DNA of 64,000 nucleotides from Octopus sinensis (taxonomy: Eukaryota): assembly GCF_006345805.1 (NCBI RefSeq), contig NC_043015.1:29016001-29080000 (forward strand), written 5' to 3'. Shown one piece after another: positions 11,442-24,520 of the stretch. The position numbers were made by a program, and so were the translations under genes. Numbering within the stretch: position 1 is the first letter of the stretch; every line of letters begins with the position of its first letter. Below the pieces are notes generated by a model, which was not told the DNA's origin, did no database searches, and saw only the letters and a program-made list of their open reading frames with translations.

Positions 11442-11939
11442 AGGAGCAACAAATTGTGTTTTGTCACTCTAGTGCATTTTCCCTTGAGCCACAACACGAA
11501 GGGATCATCAGTGATGCCTTGAGAGCCCTCCAGATCACATATCATCATTTTAACATCCACTTTTCCATGTTTGCATGGATTGGAGATTACAGAGGCACAT
11601 TTAGTACAACCAGATGCCTTTCCTGTTGCCAACTCACATCAGTTTTCAAGCAAGGTAACATTTTTTTCCATAGCCAGACATGTTTTAGCAGAATTTTATC
11701 TAGCTTGGAAACAGGTGACGGTTGGTGATAGGAAAGGCACCCAGCCATAGAAAAACTGCCTCAACAAATTCTGACCAACCAAGGCAAGGATGGAAAAGTG
11801 AACATTAAAACAATGACACTGATGATGAGACACACACACACAAAAAAAAAGGTTTCTTTCAGTTTCCATCTGCCAAATCCATTCATATTATTTTGGTCAG
11901 TCCAAGGCTATGAGTAGAAGACAGCTGCCATAGGTGCCA

Positions 11940-12262
11940 TGCAGTAGCACTGAATCTGAAACCGTAACCATCCGAACATGGCCATTGCCAGTGCCGCCCC
12001 GACTAGCCCCCGTGCCGGCGGCACATAAAAAGCAGCATCCGATCGTGGCCGTTTGCCAGCCTCGTCTGGCACCTGTATCGGTGGCACGTAAAAAGCACCC
12101 ACTACACTCTCGGAGTGGTTGGCATTAGGAAGGGCATTCAGCTGTAGAAACACTGCCAGATCTGACTGGGCCTGGTGCAGCCTTCTGGCTTCCCAGACCC
12201 CAGTTGAACCGTCCAACCCATGCTAGCATGGAAAGCGGACGCTAAACGATGATGATGATGAT
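11940..12262 (+). mobile_element. 3' UTR of the (GAT)n-tailed RTE-like family
   Basis: Same conserved block and GAT tail. Confidence 0.75.
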
Positions 12263-13118
12263 AGTTGGAAAGCAAATTTCTTAACCTCACAGATATGGCT
12301 GCTTGCTGCTGCTGCTGATCCGCATCACCATCATCAGCACCAGCAACAACAACCACACATACACACACGCACAACCTAGCCTCTGAAATTAATATTTCAT
12401 CTGGATAAAATATCAATTATCTAACTCATTGTTTGTGAATTGTAATACTAAATTAATTAAATCTCAAACTGGAAATTAGTTTCAATGGAAGATTTCCTAA
12501 ATCACTCAAGCTTAAATACCTACATCTATTCTTTAACTCCTTTTAACAAAGCTGTCTTTGTTTTTGATTTTTCTTCTCCGTTTCCCTCACTTTAAACAAA
12601 CATTTCTGTTGTCTGTATTATTATTATGATGACCGTGAACTCTATTCTTTTCGAGATGTGGTTGATTAAAAATTAAAATTAAAAACAAAACGAAAGAAAG
12701 TAACCAGATACCCAAATTAATATAATTAAGTCTTGAGTAAAAAGTAAAAACAAAAAAAAATTAAAATTAAGAAATCTTTCCTTAATCATGAAAATTATAA
12801 AATTTACAAGAAAAAAAAAATGAAAGAATAATATAATAAAAGTTTAACATACAAACAAACAAACATGAAGAATTAATTGAAAATAAATAAAAATATAACT
12901 CCCGGTAAGAAAAAAAAAAGAAATTTGAGTAAATAATTTTAATATTACTTGGGTGGAATTATTGATTTTGAATTTTAGCAGATTTACATTGAACTGTCGT
13001 ATAACCTCTTAACCAAACATGTATGTGTGTAGAGAAAGAGAAAGGGAGAGAAGGAGGGATAGAGAGAGAATGTGTATATGGATATACATGCATGTGTGTA
13101 TGTATATACACACACTCT

Positions 13119-13164
<46 letters not shown>

Positions 13165-13461
13165 TATATATATATTTATATATATATATATAAATATATA
13201 TATATATTTATATATATATAAATATATATAATATATATATATATTATATATATATATAACGGGAAGCTTTATGAAAATAAACAAAAGACGAAGGCAGGTA
13301 TATATATATATATACAAAATAAGAAAATGGAGAAATACATTGAAATCAAATATCAATTACCAGATAATACTCAATCACATACTTTATTAAACCATCACAT
13401 AAGAAACTATAAGGTTAAACATAATAATGTAGGGTAAAACAGTGTACATGAAGGAGTGTAC

Positions 13462-13520
<59 letters not shown>

Positions 13521-13759
13521 GTATATGTGTGTGTATCTATGTATGCATGTATTTATGTGTAAATTTAATTCTATTTATTATCACTGAACACAGACACAAA
13601 GAGAGAGAGAAATAAAATTCAAGTCAAGAACATTTCTCTCCAATATTAAGAGAGTTGATTTGTTTAAGACAGAAGACGAGGAATAATATTAGATCTCCAA
13701 TACAACATCTCTTCTGTGTCTTTCTTTCTTTTCTTTTTTTCTGCTTTTTTTAGCTTTCA

Positions 13760-14133
13760 TCTCTATATACATAAACGGCAAAATGTCTGTCTGTCTATGT
13801 GCATGTCCTTTATACAGATCCACAATTTTTCAGTTAGAGGGCTCGCACTTTCTATGGTCATTCAAAACCGTCCAAGGGTGGTTGTGCACATCTTTACATT
13901 TCCCTAGTTACCCCACAAGGCCATTAAAAAAAATCAATAGAAGTGACTTTTTGGTGAATTTTCTATCCAAATCCCAATCAAAATGCCCGAAACTTGATAC
14001 GCCAATTGAATGCCAGCTAGCTGTATGTGATTGGTCGGAGAATTGGACAGTACTCGCATGTATGTGCGCACGCATGCAGCTGTATATGCATGCACTAGCA
14101 CTATGACCCGGCGTTGCCGGGTCATAGTGCTAG
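13760..14133 (+). mobile_element. Non-autonomous Helitron-like element (family H1)
   Basis: A|TC start, perfect 15-bp stem GCACTATGACCCGGC/GCCGGGTCATAGTGC, CTAG|T end. Confidence 0.85.
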
Positions 14134-14894
14134 TTTGGTAATAAATATACATATCTTTTATCCTTTACCTTTTACTTTTTCCAGTTATTACACAGTGGCC
14201 AGGCTGGAACACCACCTTGGAGGTTTTAGTCAAATCAATTCTGGTATTTATATTTTTAAACTGGTCAGTTAATTATTCTATTGGTCTCATTTGCTGAACC
14301 GCAAAGTTTCAAGGATATGAAGAAACCAACACAAATTGTCAAGCAGTGGAAGTGGTGGTGGTGGAGGGTGTTGAAAGAAACTGCTACAAAGATGCACACA
14401 CATGAAGGGCTCCACACAGTTTCCATCTACCAAATTCACTCGCAAGTCATTGGCCAGCCCAGGGCAAACAACTTGCTAAAGTTGCCATGCAGTGGGACTG
14501 AAATCAAAATCCTGTGGTTGGTAAGCAAGCTTCTTAACCACACAGCCATGATTTTTTTTTTCTTCTTTTCACCCTATACTTAAGATGGAAGTTAGTGCCC
14601 ATGATCCTCAACAGAGCCACAGGACCACTGAGACTGGTGGGAGAAGAGAGGGAGGAAGGTATCCACACACACTAGAGACCTAGCTCAAACATATGTAATA
14701 GTCTAAAGGTGTCTAAGGTGTCCTGTAGGGATGTTCAAATGAGCAATGGATAAAGTCTACCACCCAAATAGGAGAGGGCAGGATTTGAACTGAGAATGGA
14801 AAGAGCCAGAATACTACCAGAAGGCATCCAATCCATCATCCTGGATTGCTTTATGGATACATATATTATATACAGATCCAATAGTCTTTGTTAT

Positions 14895-15415
14895 GATAGC
14901 TGCTCAGGCCTCCGTGCTGGTGGCACGTAAAAGCACCATCTGACCGTGGCCGTTTGCCAGCCCCATCTGGCACCTGTGTCGGTGGCACGTAAAATGCACC
15001 ATCCGATCGTGGCCGTTGCCAGCCTCGCCCCCGTGCTGGTGGCACGTAAAAAGCACCATCTGATCGTGGCCGTTGCCAGCCTCGCCTGGCCCCTGTGCTG
15101 GTGGTATGTAAAAAGCACCATCTGATCGTGGCCGTTGCCAGCCTCGCCTGGCCCCTGTGCCGGTGGTACGTAAAAAGCACCCTCTGACCGTGGCCGTTTG
15201 CCAGCCCCGTCTGGCACCTGTGCCGTTGGCACGTAAAAAGCACCCACTACACCCACGGAGTGGTTGGCGTTAAGAAGGGCATCCAGCTGAGGAAACATTG
15301 CCAGATCAGACTGGGCCTGGTGCAGCCTTCTGGCTTCCCAGACCCCAGTTGAACCGTCCAACCCATGCTAGCATGGAAAGCGGACGCTAAATGATGATGA
15401 TGATGATGATGATAT
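14895..15415 (+). mobile_element. 3' UTR of the (GAT)n-tailed RTE-like family with an expanded internal ~60-bp minisatellite
   Basis: Five full units plus a partial unit of GTGCCGGTGGCACGTAAAAAGCACC... before the conserved 3' block. Confidence 0.8.
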
Positions 15416-16606
15416 AATGAAATATGCCTGTGTATTGTAAGCTAAATTCAAAGACGACAATTTTGGACAGTAAATTGGTTTCAAATTTTTGCACAATTTT
15501 CATCTAAATTTATATGAAAATAATAAAATTTTTCAAGTAAATATTTTAATTCAATTTTAACACTGAAATTTTTCTTTAAAAGATAAAAGAATCTTTTTTT
15601 TTCCTCAATAACTACCAACAAATAAATCCTCATTTCTAACGGAAATTTTGTACTTTAACAATTTTTTGAAAAGGTATGACAGAACATATTTTAAAAGTTT
15701 CAAGCATGCAAATTTCTTAAAAAATAAAAAAAAAGTTGATAAACATTGCAATAAATAATTTGGATTATAGATTTAAAAACAAACATAAAAATATTTACTT
15801 TGACATTTTAATCCCTTTAACAACAATGGACACATGCAAACATCTGGCAGACTTCCACGGTTTCCATTAGCTAAGTTCTACTTACAAGTCACAGGTCAAC
15901 CCAAAGCTATGATAAAAGACACTTGCCTTAAGTGCTGTACAGTGGGATAGAACCTGAAACCATGTGGTAGCAAAGCAAACTTCTAAACCACACACTTATG
16001 GTGCATTCATTTGAGTGGTCGATGCCCACAGTTTGAGTGGTCAATGACCACAGTATCTAAGCAACAAACCCTACATGAATGTGATAAGATCCACTACAAG
16101 ATCCACTCCTTCTTGTAGTGCAGTAGCTTGTATGCCTCAATGACCCTGAGAGCTATGTCTGTGAAGTACAAGCAAATATGCTGGACAGGAAGTCAAAGGA
16201 TAAAGGCCAAACTAATGTGGACCACATCTTTCCAGAGGTAAAAACAGGCTTGCACAGGGACAACACCCCTACCTAGGCCTTGTTGGCGTTTGTGAGAGAT
16301 GCAGCATTGAGGATGAATGAAGCCAGCTCAACCCACCCCGGGTGAATGCTGTCAAGTCTAGGAAAGAGCTAAGTTACAGAAGCAACAATTCAAAACCAAC
16401 AAGACCTGAAAAAGGAAAGAAGTGAAAAAAAAAAACAGCCCAGAGTCAAGAGCAGTGGACAAAATAGAGAAAGAGAGAATGAGAGTGTAATACAACACAA
16501 ATTAGAAAAACTTGTAAATGTAAGGAACCAATTGTACAAAATCAAGGGATTATAAGAATTCTGCAATTTTTCAAGGTCATCTTTAGAGTTGTGACGGTGC
16601 ATGGCT

Positions 16607-16920
16607 CAGTGGTTAGTGCATCTGGCTCACACTCATGAGGTAGTGAGTTCAATTCCTGAAGCAGACTGTGTGTTGTGCTCTTGAGCAAGACACTTTATTT
16701 CATGTTGCTCCAGTTCACTCAACTACAGAAATGAGTTGTGATGTCACTGGTGCCAAGCTGTATCAGCCCCTTTGCCTTTCTCTTGGATAACATCAGAGGC
16801 ATGGAGAAGAGAGGCTGGTATGCATGGGCAACTGTTGGTCTTCCATAAACAACCTTGCCCAGACTTATGCCTTGGAGGGGAACTTTCTAGATGCAATCCC
16901 ATGGTCATTCATGACCAAAA
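16607..16920 (+). mobile_element. Diverged tRNA-derived SINE (family D)
   Basis: TGGCTCAGTGGTTAG A box, GAGTTCAATTCC B box; partial relative near 39745-39880. Confidence 0.65.
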
Positions 16921-17019
16921 GTTTTGGGTTTTTTTACCTTTACCTCTTTATTTTTAGAATCAGAACCACTTCACATATGCAGATAAAATGACATACAGAA
17001 AAAAAAAATTGCTATTTAC

Positions 17020-17136
17020 CGTAATAAATGGTGATGCGGAAGGATCTTGGTACTGTGTAAGCAAGGACTGTACTGGTAGCTGAACTTTGGGACGAGTTTT
17101 TAAGCGTTTGTTGATGTGAACCAGTAGTTCCATCAC
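17020..17136 (-). CDS. ECPAS: ECPAS/ECM29 proteasome adaptor, coding exon 3
   Basis: [39 protein letters not shown], recognisably the ECM29 N-terminal region; AG acceptor 17138-17137, GT donor 17019-17018, 117 nt, phase 0/0. Confidence 0.93.
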
Positions 17137-17511
17137 CTGAAACAGATCAAATGAAAACATTGTATTACATAAAAGACATCTTATGTATAATTAGTAATTA
17201 AACAAGAAACAAGATTAGCTGTTTTCTTAATCCTCTTGGCATGTTTTCTTCTGTTATAGGGGCAGGTAGGTTCTCCACAGTTTGGTAAAAGCATTAGGTT
17301 TTTCTGATGTTAATCTTTAAGCTGACCAACAGTCTACCACCCAGTCTACCAGTTTCTGCAGATCTTCAGCACTGTGGGCAACCAGCACACTATCATCAAC
17401 AGGCATCATTGCTCACACTAGGGCCTTCATAGTAAGCATCTTTGCTTTATGCTGCACCTCAAAGGCAGCTTCCAACACTGCTGCGAGACAGAGAGAGAAC
17501 AGTGCTGGAGC

Positions 17512-17746
17512 AAGTAGGGGTTCACCAAGGGTCAGTTCTCAGCTCATCTTGTTCATCTTAATCCTCCAGGCAATAACAGAGGAATTTAAGACAGGCTACC
17601 TTTGGGAGCTGCTCTATGTCGATGACCTTGTTCTTATAACCGAATCACTACCTGAACTAGAGAAGAAATTTCAGGTGTCGAGGCAAGGTCTAGAATCAAA
17701 GGGCCTTAGAGTTAATCTAGCAAATACCAATATCTTAGTAAGTAGG
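17512..17746 (+). mobile_element. Internal RT-core fragment of a second LINE family, inserted antisense into the RTE RT
   Basis: QVGVHQGSVLSSSLFILILQAITEEFKTGYLWELLYVDDLVLI; flanked by AAGTAGG at 17512 and 17740. Confidence 0.8.
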
Positions 17747-18615
17747 TCTTGCTTAACTTCATTTGTCACTACAAACTCACCTGAGGTATTGCTATCTTGC
17801 ACTACAAATACCAGCATTCCTTTGTGCAGGGACCTGACCAAAATGATGAACCTTCAAGGACATACATTTTTCTTAAGAACCACCCAAAGTCCACCATGGG
17901 ATATTGTGTCGAATGTCTTTGAGAAGTCTATGACATTACATACACAGCCTGTTCTGTTCAATGCATTTTTCCTGAATTTGGCGAAGACAGAAGATCATGT
18001 TCACAGTGCTTCTACTGCAACAGAAGCCACACTCTCAGGTAAGACATTTAGTTCTGTCTCCAAGATCTGGTGGACAATGTAATATATAAGCTTTCAATAA
18101 GCTTCACACCTCCATGCTTCCAGATTTCAGCAGGTATGCCAAACCTACCAGGTGCTTTACCTTCTTTCATTCGTTTCACTGCATCATTGAATTCTTTGTA
18201 AGCAGGTTCATCATCTAAGGATTGGATAGTTGGCTGTTGTGTAATCCTCTTGGGGGCAACATAGTCCACAATACCTGGGATATTAAGCAGGCTGACAGTG
18301 ATTGGAAAATCTATCAAGGATTTCCAATTTTTCCTTGAGTACTGTTTTGCCATCAGGAGCTATGAGTTTTGTCGTGCCTCTTATCCTTGGCCCCTGTACC
18401 TCTCGAAATCCTGAGTAAAATGCTTTCATATCATTTTTACCAACATGGTGCTGCTTTGGCCTCCTACCGATCTGATTTCAGTTTCCTAGTATATTGTTGC
18501 AGCTTCCTTTTCACTTTCACCAGTTTTCCTGTTTAACTTTATGCTGTTATTTAGCTGCTTTCCCTTTGCAACGTCCCTTACCTCTAGCAGGGTCTGCAGT
18601 TAGATGTCATTCTCA

Positions 18616-18847
18616 TTAACCCTTCCATTACCAACCCACCTGAAACCACTTCTGGCTCTGTAGTACAAATGTCTTGTTTTCATAAGTTTTGAATTAAAAT
18701 CTTCCACCAAACAAACCTTAGTCAAAATTTATGTTCCTAACACTAGCTGAAGGGTAACTAAGTTATTTTACTAAAGTCTTTGTTATATCTAAAAATAATT
18801 AAAAGAAACAGAGCATCTCAACAATAATATAGTAATGAAAGGGTTAA
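18616..18847. mobile_element. piggyBac-like MITE (family 1) inside the RTE
   Basis: TTAA at both ends; removal restores RDWFNENDI on the minus strand. Confidence 0.88.
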
Positions 18848-19399
18848 ACCAATCTCTTGGTATTTTTCACTGGTTTGCTTAGGACCTGTTGCACTCTCTC
18901 CTATGTACTTATTTCCAAGATGTTCCATTTTCTTCAAGTCCTTTGTTTCCCTTATTTTCCTATCCTTCCAAAGCCTTATCCAGCTGTTCTTGCAATTTCT
19001 GTCTCATTTTGGGGTCTCTCAGTTTCACAATGTTTAGCTTATTTTTTGATCAGCTTTTTGTCTTCATGTTTCGGTTCCTGAAGGAAAAAGTGACTTTTGA
19101 TCTGATCATGTGGTGGCCGGTAAAGCAGTCTACACCGCTCATGGCTCTTGTAACTAGGACATCGTTTTGATCACTTCTCCAGTTAATTATGTAGTTTAAC
19201 AAGTGCCACTGCTTGGAGCAAGGGTGCATCCAAATAGATTTTTCACGGTCTGTGTGCTTGAAGACTGTTAGTAAATACTAGGTTGAATTCAGAGGGCTAA
19301 AAGATTACCATTTAGATTGTACTTTCCCACTCCATGTTTGACTATCACACCAGGCCATCAGTCTGCATCTCTGCCTACTCTTGCATTGAGATCTTCCTT

Positions 19400-19830
19400 C
19401 ATCATCATCATCGTTTAACGTCTGCTTTCCATGCTAGCATGGGTTGGACGGTTCGACCGGGGTCTGGGAAGCCAGGAGGCTGCACCAGGCTCCAATCTTG
19501 ATCTGGCAGTGTTTCTACAGCTAGATGCCCTTCCTAACGCCAACCACTCTGTGAGTGTAGTGGGTGCTTTTTACGTGCCACTGGCACAGGTGCCAGGCGA
19601 GGCTGGCAACGGCCACGATTGGTTGGTGTTTTTTATGTGCCACCGGCACGGAGGCCAGTCGGCGCGGCGCTGGCAACGGCCATGTTCGGATGGTTCTTTT
19701 ACGTGCCACCGGCACTGGTATCACAACCACAATTTCCATTGATTTTTGAACGATTTCGATTTCGATTTCACTTGCCTCAACAGGTCTTCGCAAGCAGAGT
19801 TTTGTGTCCCAAGAAGGAAAGGTACGCATT
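19400..19830 (-). mobile_element. 3' UTR of the (GAT)n-tailed RTE-like family nested in the older RTE
   Basis: Conserved 3' block with (CAT)n on the plus strand. Confidence 0.75.
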
Positions 19831-20844
19831 GCAGGGAACTTTCCACAGCACCTATCTTAGCTTAGCATAAAATTCCTCTTTCGCTTCCTGAGAGTTATTC
19901 ATCGTTCTATCAAGTACTGTTCTAACATTCTTCTCAATGATACTCATTGTTTTCTTGCATCCTATCTTACACTTCACTGGCTGCCAGAGAGGGAGTGAAG
20001 CAGTGCAGACTTTGTTTACTGGATAATGTTCAAGCTGGCAAAGGAAAATTTTGCCTTTGTCATTTCATTTGCCATAGAACTACTTACTAAGTGATGAAGT
20101 GAAACTAGCTTTTGCAACTGGCTGGTATCACTCTCTCGGTACAACACTAGTGTTGCTGGCATCAGTGTCATACTGTAGTAGTTGACTGATCGTTTATCTC
20201 TACCCTTAGGTTATGCCACAGGTCACCATTTGGGAGTGGTTTACCATAGACATATGTACACATTTTTGGATGGCAGTTGTCTCTCATGAGTTCCTCTGCC
20301 CTTTGTCAGGCTTCGTTTTCAGTCCTGCAGAGTGTCTAGAACCATCCTCCTCACTAAGCAAGCTTGGTGGAGTTGCCAGTTTAGTCACTGATGACCAGAT
20401 CATGCAACAGGTTGTACTGGGTTACATGTTACCAGTAAGGAAGTGACCTGACATACAACCTCCTAGAGATAATAAAAAGATGGTTTGAAAGTATGTACTT
20501 AGAAAAACATAGATACAAAGTGTTGTATGTGAAAATCATAAAAAAATAACCTTGTCTACTCCAAGATTGTTTGCATCCCTTGTGATGGAACACACTGCTG
20601 GATGGATGCAAGTAATGAAAGCAAAGTTAACAAGCTTCGTTAGGATAGAAGTCAGTTTCAGGTTAAACTGGCTGAAGGTAACAACCAGGAGTAGCAGTTG
20701 TTTTACAGTTTAGATGAATGCTTCCCTTAATATCACCCATGAATTGGTAAATCAGTTGTGGTTATATTGTTAACCAGATGTGGGTTCAAGTCTCCATTGG
20801 CTCTCCCAATTTTATTTATCCTAGTTTTATTTGTGTGCATACAC

Positions 20845-21545
20845 ACATCATCATCATCATTTAAAGTCCGTTGTCCATGCTGGCATGGGTTGGACGGTTT
20901 GACCAGGGCTGGCAAGCTGGAAGGCTGTAGTCTGATTTGACATGATTTCTATGGCTGGATGCCCTTCCTAATGCCAACCACTCCAAGAGTGTAATGGGTG
21001 CTATTACGTGCCGCTGGCAAGGGTGCCATTTGCGTGACACCAGTATCTGCCACAACTATGATTTCACTTGGCTTGACGGGTCGTCTTCTCAAGCATGGCA
21101 AAATGCCAAAGATCTCGGTCATTTATCAATGCCTCCGTGAGGCCCAACACTCAAAAGATGCTTTTTATGTGCCACTGACATTTGCCACTTAGCCTCTGTG
21201 ATGCCCAAAGCTTGAAAGGTGCTTTTTACATTCCACTGGCACAGGTGCCAGTTACATGACACCAGGATCAGTCACGACTATGATTTCACTTGGCTCGATG
21301 AGTCCTCTCAAGCACAGCATATTTCCAAAAGTCTCGGTCACTAGCCATTACCTCTGTGAAGTCCAAAGTTCACAGATCATGCTTCACCACCTCATCCCAT
21401 GTCTTCCTGGGTCTACCTCTACCACAGGTTCCCTCCACAGTTAGAGATTGGTACTTCTTTACATAGCTGTCCTCATCCATATGCACCACATACCATACCA
21501 GCACAGACGTCTCTCTTGCACACCACATCTGATACCTCTTATGTC
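20845..21545 (-). mobile_element. RTE-like LINE ORF C-terminus plus 3' UTR and (GAT)n tail
   Basis: VHMDEDSYVKKYQSLTVEGTCGRGRPRKTWDEVVKHDL followed by the UTR family. Confidence 0.8.
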
Positions 21546-21599
21546 CAACTATACTCTCTTGTGGATAGTAAAGAAACATATATATATATATATTGGCCC

Positions 21600-21792
21600 T
21601 CCTGCCAGTGGCATGTAAAAAACACCCACTACACTCTCGGAGTGGTTGGCGTTAGGAAGGGCATCCAGCTGTAGAAACTCTGCCAAATCAAGATTGGAGC
21701 CTGGTGCAGCCATCTGGTTCACCAGCCCTTGGTCAAAATCGTCCAACCCATGCTAGCATGGAAAGTAGACGTTAAACGATGATGATGATGAT
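21600..21792 (+). mobile_element. Short 3' UTR fragment of the (GAT)n-tailed family
   Basis: Conserved block and GAT tail. Confidence 0.75.
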
Positions 21793-21869
21793 GTAGCCAC
21801 AACCCAATGGATAAATCATGTAAACAGAAATAAAACCAATCAAAAAAAATAATAAGTTAATGGAAATAC

Positions 21870-22000
21870 CTTTTTCCTGACTTCTTCTTGTGGACTGGAA
21901 AGTCTTGACAGGACAGGAGCCAGGAACTTTCCAAGTGCTACCTCTATGTTTTCATCAGTATCCGCAGAAGCTATGCGCAAAAACACGCGCTCCAAGCGCA
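21870..22000 (-). CDS. ECPAS: ECPAS/ECM29, coding exon 2
   Basis: (M)RLERVFLRIASADTDENIEVALGKFLAPVLSRLSSPQEEVRKK; polypyrimidine-AG acceptor 22002-22001, GT donor 21869-21868, 131 nt, phase 1/0. Confidence 0.93.
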
Positions 22001-22599
22001 CTAAAACAAGAAATGAAAAGAAAAGACCATGAATACATATTTCTTTATATAAAAATTATCGTTATTGGTTCATTCAATGTTTACTGATTGACACATAATG
22101 AAGAATTTCTTTAATCCTTTAGCATTCAGATTACACTGTCCAATGTCATGCTTATTTATTGGTTTCAAATTTTGGCACAAGGCCAGCAATTTCGGTGTTC
22201 ATCAACTCCAGTGTTCAACTGGTATTAATTTTATCGATCCCAAAAGGACGAAAGGCAAAGTCAACCTCAGCAGAATTTGAACTTAGAATGTCAAAAGCCA
22301 AACAAACTACCACTAAGCATTCAGCCCAGCATGCTATCAATTCTGCCAGCTCTCCACCTTGATAATGCTTATTTATTAACATTGTTTTGAACAACTTGTG
22401 CATTATTTTTGAGATTTTGATGATATAATTTCATTGGACTGTAACACAGGTTTAGCAACTAAAAAAAAAATTTTTTTTTTTCATTGCTGCACACAGTACA
22501 CAAAAAATTCAAAAATTTTGCCAAGAAAATTTTTTTTGTACATACGTTACAACTCCAACAACACTTTTGTCAGTTCTTTGGTCCTTTGCTTTTCTCTCC

Positions 22600-24520
22600 T
22601 CTGTACTAATGGAGTCTTCCCAACTTACTTGCGTACTCTGGTGACATCATGCTTTGGTTTGCTCAACTGGATGCAGTGCCTCCCCAACAGCAGCTAAATC
22701 TTTTGTACTGTGGGATGCCTGCACCTCTTGTAGGCTCAGCGAAAGATCTCATCCGTCAAGACCCACATCCAGACGCGACTTACACATCCGTCAAATCCGA
22801 GGTTCTCTGTTGGAACACACAATCCGCAGAAAGTAAATTCTGAACATTGATGCAGGATGACCACCTGGGAGATAGGATGCCATCTGAGTTCCTTCGTCGT
22901 TTGCGTGAACTCAGTGACACTCCACTTGAGGACAATCCTCAGCTTAGGAAATTGTTTTTCTCTCAGCTACTGCTGAATGTCCAATAAACTCTGGCCACAA
23001 CAGCCAACCCCAATTCACTTGATCAGATAGCCACCATGGCGGACAAGATCATAGATTTTACTGTGCAGCCTGCACGTCACCATACCTGTTCGGACCCTGT
23101 AGTAGCTTCCTCTGGTACCACAAAGTCTTCTCCCTCGTCACATGACAACATTTTGGAGAGAGTCGATACATCAGTACATCGCATGGACACATTGTAGCGA
23201 GAACAAGCCAGCTCTCGTCGTCCTAAGTCACGGTCGTCTAGTTCTACTCCAATGGTTTTCAATCTCTGCTGCTACCATGCCACATTTAAGAACAAAGCCC
23301 ATCGATGTATCCAACCCTGTTCGTTTAAGCTGTTGGGAAATTAGTTACAGAAGCCTCTTACGTATGCTCTGTCATCTAAATCAGACAAACACTCACCTCA
23401 TGCTTTTTGTCACCTGGCCTACATTTCCCAGCTCATGAGTGACATTCGGCATATACCTGGAACAGAGAATGTGCCTGCTGAGGCACTCTCTTGTCTCCCT
23501 GTGTGTTCTCTTCCATCTCCTGCTGCAATCGATTTAACTGCCATTGTGCAGGATCAGCCAGCCCTGGACACATTGGATCTAACTTCCATCAAGTTGTCCT
23601 GTTGCAAGTTTGCCTACCTTCCCTTCCGTCTGTTGAAGGCACAATCCTTTGTGACACAGCTACTGGTTCCCCAGACTGTTTGTACTTGAGAACCATCAGC
23701 ATTCCGTTTTTGAAGCCTTGCACTCACTGTCACATCCTGGTATCGCTGCTTTGGTGAAGCTTATTACGGCTCGGTTTTTCTGGCCTAATATGTGCCGCAT
23801 TATCACCGCTTGGGCATGCTTTTGTGTGACATGCCAGCATTCTAAAATCCACAGGCACATTTGCACTTCTCTTGGACAGTTTTCTTCGTTGGAGACTTGC
23901 TTTCGCCATGCCCACATTGATCTGGTTGGACCATGGCCTGTCAGTCGCGGTTTCTCTTACATATTGACATGCGTTGATCGTTTCTCTCGTGGACATTTCC
24001 ATTGAGTCAGTTGCTTGAGCTTTTGTTTCTAACTGGATTGCTCACTTTGGTGTCCCAGCTAAAATAACCACTGATCGTGGACACCAATTCGAAGCTTCCT
24101 TATTTCATGAATTATCATGAATCCTAGGTATTCATTGCATTCGTACGACCAGCTTCCAACAGGATGGTCGAACGTTTTCACAGGCAACTGAAGGCTGTTC
24201 TACGTGCCACTCCTGATCCGCAGTCTTGGACAGAATTCCTACCTATCGTTCATCTTGGTTGTCGCACTGCTGTTAAAACAAACTTAGGTTTCTCCTCTGC
24301 TGAACTCCTTTACAGTACCATCCTGGCACTCCCTGGTACAACGTTGGCACCAGACAATTCATTGCATCCTGATCCAACGTCATATGTCTCGCCGGCAACC
24401 AGTAATTAAGCTGGAGAATAAAACATTCACTCTCATTCGCGCTTACGCTGAGAAACACTGTGAAACCAGCAGTCACAGCGGACCCTTGTCCCGCTCTGAC
24501 TCCACATGCTTATCTCCAGA
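22600..24520 (+). mobile_element. Internally deleted, degenerate Ty3/gypsy LTR retrotransposon (gag, RNase H end, integrase)
   Basis: gag-like LWFAQLDA...LGDRMPSEFLRRLREL and CCYHATFKNKAHRCIQPC; RNase H end QKPLTYAL...IRHIPGTENVPAEALS; integrase LHSLSHPG...WPNM...CVTCQHSK, HIDLVGP, TTDRG, MVERFHRQLK. Confidence 0.88.

Larger units (their letters stand above)
17260..20455 (-). mobile_element. Degenerate RTE-clade LINE (5' UTR, APE endonuclease, RT) with nested insertions
   Basis: Minus-strand motifs NVRTVLDR, IWMHPCSKQWHLLNYI, DWFNEND, KAPGRFGIPAEIWKHGG, DFSKTFDTISH, LAPALFSL, VDDSVLVAHSAEDLQ; many stops and frameshifts. Confidence 0.85.

Noticed and set aside
14910-15245. CRISPR-like array
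   Set aside because: The intervening sequences are near-identical rather than unique spacers, the context is eukaryotic, and the units lie within a LINE UTR
1-17019. ECPAS exon 4 and later exons
   Set aside because: A manual scan found no NFT..Y.KMG.PRL-like frame with splice sites; the SLLTQY frame near 6640-6700 stops early and looks like chance. An exon could have been missed by eye.
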